Origin: a virus
Strand: one strand, 5' to 3'
IMG/VR virus record: IMGVR_UViG_3300028909_000018
Span: 32,001-96,000 of that record
Length of the DNA: 64,000 bases
Under the pieces are notes generated by a model. The model saw nothing but the letters and a program-made list of their open reading frames with translations. It did no database searches and was not told the DNA's origin. Shown in pieces: positions 56,612 to 64,000 of the stretch (the stretch's first letter is position 1; every line of letters starts with the position of its first letter). A program made the translations under genes and the position numbers.

Positions 56612-57661
56612 TTATTCGCGTGTAAACTCCTTGAAGTCGGCCTTCTTATTAAACTCTTCAAGGAGAATATTTTCTACCTCTTCGAGTTGTAAAAGAGGGC
56701 TGGTGGCCTTAACCTCATGAAATTTACAGTCATATTCAACGAGAAGGTCTCGCCAGAATTTCATATCCGTCTCACGCTTATCACCGCCATAACGGAGTTG
56801 ATCCGGCTCGAAAGGTATACTATCATTCATCAGAAAATAAATGTCAGATTTAGAAACTTTAAATAGGGTTTCACAAATCTTAGGCCATGAACCTTTCCAC
56901 AGTTTATAGTATCCAATCGTGGAAAGCAAGTCCGTATCTTGAAGAATGAATGGAGTTAATTTCTCTCGCGCCACCGTCTGAGAAGCAAATTGTCCATAGA
57001 CAATGTTTAACATCTTCTCATCAGTAATTTCAGGACCGACAGCCTCAAGATAACCACGAGCCCATTCTGGAACTCTTGTACTATCGAAAGACCCCCAATT
57101 AAATACGGCCCTAGTCATGGTGGATTTGCCCACAGACTCTTGTCCAAAAAATGTGGCCACGACACCATACTTCCGTCGAAGAGAAGGAACTAAATCATCA
57201 AAATTAGACAACGGATTGTCTCTGAGATGCGTCGCCTTTGACGCATTGATGACTCGATCAATATCAAAGGGAATGAAGCTTGCGCCGATAACCTTTGATA
57301 GTTCGATCCCATAATTTTCTGAGGCAAAGAGAAAATCAAACTTAGTCACGCCTGTTTCATCTTCGATCATCTCACACCAGAAGTTCCAAAAGTCAGGATG
57401 ATCTGGTGGATTTTGAGGAACGTCATCATTCTGATTTAAATGAAAAATGAGATTACAGGAATCATAATAATTCTGAAATTCATTCTTCAAGGCCAGATAA
57501 CGAACCCAACCATCCATCGGCTCGAAACTACGAGAGTTGATGAGAACATGCAACGTGTAATCATATCCCTCGGTCTCAAAAAAATCAAGACCAAACTGAA
57601 TCAATGCCTTATGACCGTTGGTCGGAGGAAGAGCCGTCATCACGATGATGCCACGTCGCAT
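56612..57661 (-). CDS. nadR: NadR-like NMN adenylyltransferase / ribosylnicotinamide kinase
   Basis: PPTNGH (HxGH-like), F.SE.YG, G.ES.GKST, E..R.Y, DTD and D.LRYG motifs. Confidence 0.9.
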   Translation of the reverse strand: MRRGIIVMTALPPTNGHKALIQFGLDFFETEGYDYTLHVLINSRSFEPMDGWVRYLALKNEFQNYYDSCNLIFHLNQNDDVPQNPPDHPDFWNFWCEMIEDETGVTKFDFLFASENYGIELSKVIGASFIPFDIDRVINASKATHLRDNPLSNFDDLVPSLRRKYGVVATFFGQESVGKSTMTRAVFNWGSFDSTRVPEWARGYLEAVGPEITDEKMLNIVYGQFASQTVAREKLTPFILQDTDLLSTIGYYKLWKGSWPKICETLFKVSKSDIYFLMNDSIPFEPDQLRYGGDKRETDMKFWRDLLVEYDCKFHEVKATSPLLQLEEVENILLEEFNKKADFKEFTRE

Positions 57662-57672
57662 GTTTTTAATCC

Positions 57673-58359
57673 TTAATGATTTACAATTTCAAACTTCTGA
57701 ACGGCGGCGGTAATCGAAGGAGTCTTCATCGACTTCCACCAGAGATATAGAGCCCAGATAGCATTAAGAATGAAGAAACCCATCTGGATGGAAAGAATCT
57801 TCAGGTCTTCATTCCAGTAGACAAACACCGAAATGATGTCAACGGCAATCCAGAGAATCCAATTTTCGATTTTCTTATTGTCCAGCATGAACTGAGCCAA
57901 AATTGAAAGAACAAGAATTGAAGTATCCCATGCGGCATTTGTGCCACCAAAATAATTATTCGCTTCCATACAGGCCAGACCGACGCCTGCTGTCAAAACG
58001 ATATAAACCGGCCACCACTTGGCTTCGATAAAAGTTACCGGGCGAGTGTCGGCATCGGGCTTCCATCGAAACCAGCCATATAACAAAGTCGGAAACAAGT
58101 AGACCTGTAGAGCCATCGAAGACAGAAGATTCGATTGATAAAACAGAAGACAGAGAGCGGCGACGGAAATTGCTCCAATCGGATAATTCCACCGAGACTG
58201 AAAGACGCACAGGAATGTACACCAATAAGAAGTGAATACAGAAAATGCCTCCAGCGGATTTACGCTCGGAATCCATCCAAAGAAGAGAGCAGTCTCATAA
58301 GAGATTGCCGTAGCAATCAGACCACAGACGATAGAAATACCTTGATTTTTCCAAAACAT
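57673..58359 (-). CDS. pnuC: PnuC nicotinamide riboside transporter
   Basis: Multiple TM segments; WN.PIG, LQ.Y, YGW..W, SI.AQ....KKIENW..WI.VD motifs. Confidence 0.93.
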   Translation of the reverse strand: MFWKNQGISIVCGLIATAISYETALFFGWIPSVNPLEAFSVFTSYWCTFLCVFQSRWNYPIGAISVAALCLLFYQSNLLSSMALQVYLFPTLLYGWFRWKPDADTRPVTFIEAKWWPVYIVLTAGVGLACMEANNYFGGTNAAWDTSILVLSILAQFMLDNKKIENWILWIAVDIISVFVYWNEDLKILSIQMGFFILNAIWALYLWWKSMKTPSITAAVQKFEIVNH

Positions 58360-58453
58360 TTAATATCCTTTCATTCGTTTCATTATTATACTTCTAAGAC
58401 TATAGCCGAAAAAAGAGGGTTTGTAAACCCCCTTCCTCGACATCGTAAGAAAA

Positions 58454-58702
58454 TCAGGCCGACTTGACGGCGACATTCACATTTTGAAAATTGTGGTAGA
58501 CGACCTTGTTATCGAGCATCCCTGTCGTCCAAGCCTTCTGGCTTTCCCAGACGGTATAAAGAAATCCATCCTCGGAATTCAGGTTGATGGCGATGTCGCA
58601 AGCATCGATAAAATCCTTGAAGGTTCCTACCAATTCTTGGTTAGCGCCGCCAATCACGATATAATTCATTGCACAAATCTCCAATTTTTTTTTCGCAGCC
58701 AC
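58454..58702 (-). CDS. Hypothetical protein
   Basis: ORF downstream of a sigma70-like promoter. Confidence 0.5.
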   Translation of the reverse strand: MAAKKKLEICAMNYIVIGGANQELVGTFKDFIDACDIAINLNSEDGFLYTVWESQKAWTTGMLDNKVVYHNFQNVNVAVKSA

Positions 58703-58782
58703 CCCGAATGGCCTAACTGCATGACAAGAACCTACTCCTTCAAAATGGTTCCGTCAAGATAACGTGAGCGGAAAAAAAGAAA

Positions 58783-58807
58783 AAGGCCGGGAAGAACTCC
58801 CGGCCTT
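58783..58807 (-). terminator. Rho-independent terminator
   Basis: aaggccggga/tcccggcctt stem followed by a T run. Confidence 0.8.
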
Positions 58808-58826
58808 ATTAATGACTAATTATGAA

Positions 58827-59324
58827 TTAGGCGCGGCGTTTACCGATCATGGACTGTACGACATTTCCGATGTTCATTTCCGACGACTTGATACCAGTAT
58901 GAGCAGTCGTCTTGTCACCATTTTCCTCGACGCTCACGATAAACGATGTTATGTCGTCACGCAGTCGGTGCAGGAAGGTCACCAGCGCATCATCCTTATT
59001 GGAAGCCTCATGAACCGGCGCAGGCGCGGGAGGGGCAGGTGCCGAGGCGGCGGTTTTGATTCTGGGATACGGGCTCTCGGTGGGCTGAAAATAAGGATAG
59101 GACTCTTCCATGTAGGTCTTCCCATTTTCCTTCATGTTATATGCGAGGGCGTGGTACCAGACGGAGGGAACAATTCTCCTACCATTTCTATCATCAATTC
59201 TGGCATTATTGATGGCGGCGAAGGCCTCGGATCGTGTGTGGCCTTTCTTCAGATTTGACATAACCTTGGCAACCTGAGCAGAAATGGTTTCATTTGATTT
59301 GATATTCATGATGAAATACTCCAT
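58827..59324 (-). CDS. Hypothetical early protein
   Basis: Own promoter and terminator; Pro/Ala linker. Confidence 0.7.
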   Translation of the reverse strand: MEYFIMNIKSNETISAQVAKVMSNLKKGHTRSEAFAAINNARIDDRNGRRIVPSVWYHALAYNMKENGKTYMEESYPYFQPTESPYPRIKTAASAPAPPAPAPVHEASNKDDALVTFLHRLRDDITSFIVSVEENGDKTTAHTGIKSSEMNIGNVVQSMIGKRRA

Positions 59325-59459
59325 AAGTCACGCTGAGGAAGAGACTATCTCTTCGGCGTCTTGTGTATGCCAGCATGTATATAAGATGTCAAGAAATTTT
59401 TTGTAAAGATAAGATTTTTATTGACAGGAACCTTTTGGACACATCAGAGTTGACAAAAA

Positions 59460-59485
59460 AAAATCCCCGATTTCTCGGGGATTTT
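59460..59485 (-). terminator. Rho-independent terminator
   Basis: aaaatccccga/tcggggatttt stem followed by a T run. Confidence 0.85.
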
Positions 59486-59492
59486 CAGAGAC

Positions 59493-60449
59493 TTAGGCTT
59501 TGTTGGCCATGTCAACGGCTAGGCTGAAGGCCTTCAGCTTCTTATCCTTTACCTGTCCATACCACATATTCTCGACCCGCGCTTCGTCGGTTCGGCCCAT
59601 CAGGTGATCCGTGACGTAAGTGACGGCATTGAGAGCCTGCCACCAAGTTCCCGGCCCGAATTCAACACCGGGCTGATAGGCCAGAGCCTTGACGGCCAGA
59701 GTAGCATTCGAAGAGGCTTCCTTCGGCTTACGCTTGGAATTTTCCTTGACGACCTGTACCGGGAAGACTTCGTTAAAATATTCCTTGACAGTCTCTTCAG
59801 AATACCGCTTGGAACCGAGGAAAGCCGCCGCCTCACCGTATTGCTCGAATTTCTCGTTGGCGATACCCATCGTCTGCTTCGCGGCGGTGGCGTCGAAGAC
59901 CACCCGATGCGAAGATTTAAAGGCGTTGTCAGAAACACCGTTGAGGGCCATCGTCAGCGTGTTGTTGCAGACGACGCGGGTAGGGGTGAACCGAACGTCA
60001 ATGGACTTACCATAACGATGTGTGTTGGTGAAAAGAAGGTAGCTCTCGACACGATCCCCACCGAAGAGGGTAAAGGACTTGTTAACCTTGGCCAGAGCCC
60101 ATACATACTGACCCTCACGCAGGGAGCCAGCGGTTTCCATCGTCATGTCACCAGCATCCACAAATTCGCGGAAGAAGTCGAAGGCAACCTCGTTCTGTAA
60201 AGGCTCCCAATCGTCTCCCACCACATCCATCAGCTTGCCATCCGACATGCGACGCAGGGACTTGTTCTTCGTCACCGGACCATACTTGTCACCCATTTCA
60301 CACTTTTCAACTTCCCAATCGCACTTCGCGGCGACGAGCATTTCATGAGCGGTGAGATTTCCGGCAACCTTGTAACCAAGGGAATGCCAAGGGGTTTCGC
60401 CTCCCCACTCTTTACCAACATAAGCCATCTCTTCTACCATATGTGCCAT
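59493..60449 (-). CDS. DUF932/DUF945 phage-plasmid protein
   Basis: MAH.VE.MAY, TPWH.LG, ETAGSL..G and TPTRVVCNNTL motifs. True start is 60449. Confidence 0.92.
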   Translation of the reverse strand: MAHMVEEMAYVGKEWGGETPWHSLGYKVAGNLTAHEMLVAAKCDWEVEKCEMGDKYGPVTKNKSLRRMSDGKLMDVVGDDWEPLQNEVAFDFFREFVDAGDMTMETAGSLREGQYVWALAKVNKSFTLFGGDRVESYLLFTNTHRYGKSIDVRFTPTRVVCNNTLTMALNGVSDNAFKSSHRVVFDATAAKQTMGIANEKFEQYGEAAAFLGSKRYSEETVKEYFNEVFPVQVVKENSKRKPKEASSNATLAVKALAYQPGVEFGPGTWWQALNAVTYVTDHLMGRTDEARVENMWYGQVKDKKLKAFSLAVDMANKA

Positions 60450-60564
60450 TTTAAAATCCTTGATCTGCGGTGAAGGCCAGTCCCTCATCCATGTCCAACT
60501 TATAAATGATTTCGTTTTCGCTGTCAATGATAATTTTGATAAATATTCAAAAAAGGGGAGAAAA

Positions 60565-60933
60565 ATGTTTTCACAAGAGGTTTTCGCTGGTGCTGACTTC
60601 ACATACACGTCAAACGTATCGCTTTCGAACAGCGCGACATGGACGGCGAATGCCTTCCTTACGACGCTAGACCTTCTGGACGTCTTTAACGGAAATTCAG
60701 AGATTGGACTTCTGACGGCAAATCTCGCCCCTATCGTCACCAACACCCCCAACGCCACCAATTATTCCCTGACGCTGAGTGCTTCCGGTAGCCTGACGGC
60801 GCAATGGATTGCCAACTCGGTCAATATCAATGAGCGGGTATTATATCTTTTCACAAAATTTACAAGTAATACGGGAGCCGTGCAGACTGGTAACACGGCT
60901 CTCCTTCGTGTCAAGGCGGCGGTTTTAAATTAA
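60565..60933 (+). CDS. Probable virion protein
   Basis: Late promoter GATAAATA at ~60538, GGAG RBS, Asn/Thr-rich beta-type sequence. Confidence 0.6.
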   Translation: MFSQEVFAGADFTYTSNVSLSNSATWTANAFLTTLDLLDVFNGNSEIGLLTANLAPIVTNTPNATNYSLTLSASGSLTAQWIANSVNINERVLYLFTKFTSNTGAVQTGNTALLRVKAAVLN

Positions 60934-61196
60934 GCCGCCTTTCGGTAATCTTCTTCCTCTTCCTCGACATTGACCACAGGCGCGGAGAATCCCGGCTTGG
61001 GTGCCAATATGAAGCGATGGGATTCAAATCCCATATTTTTCACTTCCTTCAGACGATAAAATTCGGCTGCACCAATAAAATAATTGATAATCACTGTATA
61101 TTGTGAGCCTGTCTTAAGATACATCTCCCTGCCGCGATTGTTGATACAAACAACCACGAACCCTATTTCATTTAACATTATATTCATCCACCCCAT
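60930..61196 (-). CDS. Hypothetical protein
   Basis: VVCINN...L..G..YTV...Y.L.E....F...RF motif. Confidence 0.6.
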   Translation of the reverse strand: MGWMNIMLNEIGFVVVCINNRGREMYLKTGSQYTVIINYFIGAAEFYRLKEVKNMGFESHRFILAPKPGFSAPVVNVEEEEEDYRKAA

Positions 61197-61695
61197 TGTT
61201 TGTGTATGTATCTGGTTTCAGTTCGTTATTATCACCTAGCACAAATCCTCCTATATGAAGATGAGAAGTTTGATTTGTGTCGGCGTCACCATATTCTGTC
61301 ACGTCTCCCTGAATTAAAACATCTTGAGGATGCTTGGCGAAAGCCTTATTCAAATCATCGACCAACTTTTGATTAAATTGCGCGATGTAGAGAGTCGGAT
61401 AATCTTCCATAATGAGAAGGTAAATACTCTTCTTATCAGGTGACATTTCAAAACTTATCACCCTAGGACTGTTTTCCTTCGTAAATATGTGATGATAGAA
61501 GGGAATGTTCATAATCGGTCGGGCCGTTCCCAGAAGATCATGAATTGTGTAATAAGAGAAACCCAAAAATAAACAGTATATAAGAGCAGCCAGACCCATA
61601 AGCTTCGGTCTCACCATCAAGGATGTAATCAAAAATAGTACAGCCGTCATACCAAAGAAGACAAATGAAATTACTGTCATTGATGAGCCATCCAC
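61168..61695 (-). CDS. Membrane protein, third gene of the MotA/ExbB-like module
   Basis: Two TM segments, LLG.ARP, periplasmic domain; overlaps the upstream gene. Confidence 0.7.
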   Translation of the reverse strand: MDGSSMTVISFVFFGMTAVLFLITSLMVRPKLMGLAALIYCLFLGFSYYTIHDLLGTARPIMNIPFYHHIFTKENSPRVISFEMSPDKKSIYLLIMEDYPTLYIAQFNQKLVDDLNKAFAKHPQDVLIQGDVTEYGDADTNQTSHLHIGGFVLGDNNELKPDTYTNNGVDEYNVK

Positions 61696-62321
61696 TTATC
61701 GTTTGAATTAATAGAACTGTCTATGATTTTACCATCCTCACCGACCCTGAAATTAAACATCGTCTTCTCTTGATTTTCTGCCGTGAATGTATGCACCCCT
61801 CTCATAGTTTTAAAACGACCATCCGAGACGCTTGCACCCTTTAGTCTGATAATCATTGTCGCCTCGACCGTTCCATTCGGAAATTTCCCAAAGGCGGGAC
61901 TTGATGCCTGTGTCTCATGGTTAGAGAAATAATAGATATTGAACGTGTATTCTCCGGGAATAATCTTGTTGGTGCATTCGATTTCCATATTTAAATGTTC
62001 AAGATTATTCTGGAAGCCGATAACGTCACGGTAAAGATCAAGTCCCCCGCCATGCATGTTGGAGAATCCGATAGGCTTTCCATCTTTGGGTGACTTACCC
62101 CAGATATCAAGATCGATATCACGATCATTCGGCCAATAAATTTCGGCACAAAGACTACCCAGCATCACACCATCATTATTATTTTCACTGTGTGGAACCA
62201 TAGAAACCACCACGAAAAGCATAAAGACGAAGGCGGCGAAGGAAACCATCACGTCGGCCAGAACATAACCAAACAGCTTTTCCTCTAGCGACTCATTAAA
62301 CTTCGCGCTTAGATCGGTCAT
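61677..62321 (-). CDS. ExbD/MotB-like single-TM protein with periplasmic domain
   Basis: TM Asp in VLADVMV; W....DIDLD.W, D..G, N.E and GEY..N...F motifs. Confidence 0.65.
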   Translation of the reverse strand: MTDLSAKFNESLEEKLFGYVLADVMVSFAAFVFMLFVVVSMVPHSENNNDGVMLGSLCAEIYWPNDRDIDLDIWGKSPKDGKPIGFSNMHGGGLDLYRDVIGFQNNLEHLNMEIECTNKIIPGEYTFNIYYFSNHETQASSPAFGKFPNGTVEATMIIRLKGASVSDGRFKTMRGVHTFTAENQEKTMFNFRVGEDGKIIDSSINSNDKWMAHQ

Positions 62322-62761
62322 TCACCATTCACCAAGAAGCTGTTGAACCTCGTCCATAGAAAGGCTACGAGGCCGATCAAGGTCGTATTGAACAAAGTCA
62401 ACGCGCCTGAAATCATATTTTTCAAAACGAATTGAGGGTCCGACAAGTCCTGAAGTCCCATGATCATATGCACGAAACCGATCAGGGTGCCACAGAGGCC
62501 GATGAAAAGAAACTGTCCCAAGACATAATTCAGATATCTGTTGATCTTCTTCCCGCCATATCCATAGGTTTGATCGTTTTTGAAGGTGGCGAAAATTCGT
62601 AGAAAGATGCCTGTGACGAGTAGCAACGCCAGAACGTAGGAGATGTGGGTCACATCGTTTGTAAAGATGTAACCCACAAATCCATAAAAGTATCCAACAA
62701 TGAAGAGAGCCATGATGAAGACATTAAAAAACACCAGACGAAATGTATTTGTGTACCGCAA
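62318..62761 (-). CDS. MotA/TolQ/ExbB proton-channel-like protein
   Basis: IGLCGTLIGF...G....F.TTLIGL motifs. Confidence 0.75.
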   Translation of the reverse strand: MRYTNTFRLVFFNVFIMALFIVGYFYGFVGYIFTNDVTHISYVLALLLVTGIFLRIFATFKNDQTYGYGGKKINRYLNYVLGQFLFIGLCGTLIGFVHMIMGLQDLSDPQFVLKNMISGALTLFNTTLIGLVAFLWTRFNSFLVNGE

Positions 62762-62771
62762 AATAATCTCC

Positions 62772-63920
62772 TTAGTAGACCCACTTTAAGTTGCCATTGT
62801 CCCAGATAGAACGAGCCTTGTCAACGTTTGTTTGGCTTCCTGTATTCTTTTTTAGAATGTCAAGAAGGTGTTGTTTAACTTCCGTGATATTTATAGAAAT
62901 TTTATCAAAGAAGGTAAAGGCGGTGGCCCGAACATAGGAATTAACCCAATCCTTACTTTCAAGGGCGAATTCTTTACGAGTCATATTCGTGGCGTTATAA
63001 TGTTCAAGCACACCAAAAATGTTGTCGGCCTGTTCATTGAAGTTGCACCAGAATTCATATTCAAATTCTTCGAACTTCTCCCGATCAGGCTCAGTCAGAA
63101 GTACTCGGAAGTCGTCGGCCATTCCTTCCACCAGAATGGCGATGACATTCTTTTCACGCGCCAGTTCGTCCTTGGAGCGATGTAGCAGGCAATATTGATC
63201 GGCCTTGATCTTCACCATGGAGCCATCAGACCACCGCACCACGAAGCCCTCTAGGCCTTCCATAGGCTTTACAGCTTCAACTAGCTCCTGCATCGACGCG
63301 ACGGTGCCGGGATATTGTTTGACGACATCAACATCAAAAGCAAGAGCAATATGATTCATTCTTGAATATTCAAGATAGTTTCCAGATACATTATGACGAA
63401 TTCCGATCAGCACAAGACGATCTTCGGGGTGAGAAATAACAATTCTATTTTGATTTGAACACCATTCAAAGATGGGCGTCATACTCCATTCTGACATACA
63501 CCAGTTGGCAAATTCTAGGTATTTTGGATTTTTCTCAACGAAAGCCTCGATCTGTGGCGTAAGAAACGTCACACCGGCCTTCGAACCCCACGTCATCTTC
63601 CCATAGGAAATCATCGTCGTCACCATCGATCCGTCCAGCTTCTCCAAGATTACATGCGGCTTGGAGAAATCAAGATTCTCGACTAGCGTTTCAGGACGTT
63701 CATTGACGTTAAAAAACTTATGAAGGCGTCGAGCCATAATCCGACCATCTTTATAAAAGATGATCCCACGACATTCCTTTTCGACAGCGTTATGGAAGGT
63801 GTCGGGAGTATTGACGATGTAATCGATGACGATGTAATCTTCCTTGTAATTAACGTGGAAGTTATCATTGCCTCGGATGTGGGGCAGCACGTCGTCAATG
63901 GTCTCGATAATTGGGAACAT
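62772..63920 (-). CDS. rnlA: RNA ligase 1 (T4 Rnl1-like)
   Basis: ECRGIIF, KFFN.NE, EKLDGS, FEW....NRIV, EGFVV and VKIK..Y..LH motifs. Confidence 0.93.
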   Translation of the reverse strand: MFPIIETIDDVLPHIRGNDNFHVNYKEDYIVIDYIVNTPDTFHNAVEKECRGIIFYKDGRIMARRLHKFFNVNERPETLVENLDFSKPHVILEKLDGSMVTTMISYGKMTWGSKAGVTFLTPQIEAFVEKNPKYLEFANWCMSEWSMTPIFEWCSNQNRIVISHPEDRLVLIGIRHNVSGNYLEYSRMNHIALAFDVDVVKQYPGTVASMQELVEAVKPMEGLEGFVVRWSDGSMVKIKADQYCLLHRSKDELAREKNVIAILVEGMADDFRVLLTEPDREKFEEFEYEFWCNFNEQADNIFGVLEHYNATNMTRKEFALESKDWVNSYVRATAFTFFDKISINITEVKQHLLDILKKNTGSQTNVDKARSIWDNGNLKWVY

Positions 63921-64000
63921 GTGATTTCCTTAGAATTTATAGAAACTGGTTCTTCTACCCTATACGGATTATCTTCCAAGTCAAGAGATTTATCATAATT

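Noticed and set aside
60450-60761. N-terminal extension of the DUF932 ORF
   Set aside because: It overlaps a promoter and a plus-strand late gene; the family start and RBS are at 60449.
61677-62761. Zorya defence system
   Set aside because: There is no long ZorA tail, no OmpA-like ZorB domain and no zorC/D/E genes.

Overview
A 64 kb segment of a large T4-like myovirus genome. The host is probably an alphaproteobacterium, inferred only weakly from the class II RNR, ThyX, i/o-spanins and GC-rich codon use in early genes. Early and middle genes lie mostly on the minus strand: dda, regA, gp62/44/45, gp41, nrdJ with an HNH intein, thyX, gp61, gp32, gp33, tmk, two RNA ligases, NadR/PnuC, HtrA and many small hypotheticals. 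Islands of late structural genes under NATAAATA promoters interrupt them: gp6, gp25, a split gp5, gp4, gp48, gp53, hub, gp2, gp54, gp26/gp51 and a muralytic tape-measure-like protein. The most unusual signals are mostly outside the ORF track. (1) gp51 has no start codon and is reachable by a -1 shift on a T9 run at the end of gp26, resembling lambda G/GT. (2) The tRNA region holds two large structured ncRNA candidates with loop-loop or pseudoknot pairings. (3) There are non-canonical tRNAs (Arg-UCU, Ile-UAU and a weaker third) in which the D-arm is lost or shrunken and a GG-bearing arm follows the anticodon. (4) An ArfA-like peptide and a free tRNA-Ile anticodon stem-loop sit among the tRNAs. 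(5) There is a MotA/ExbB-like plus ExbD-like membrane trio. (6) Two free-standing tail-sheath C-terminal fragments lie among early genes. All calls come from reading motifs by eye; no searches or folding programs were run.
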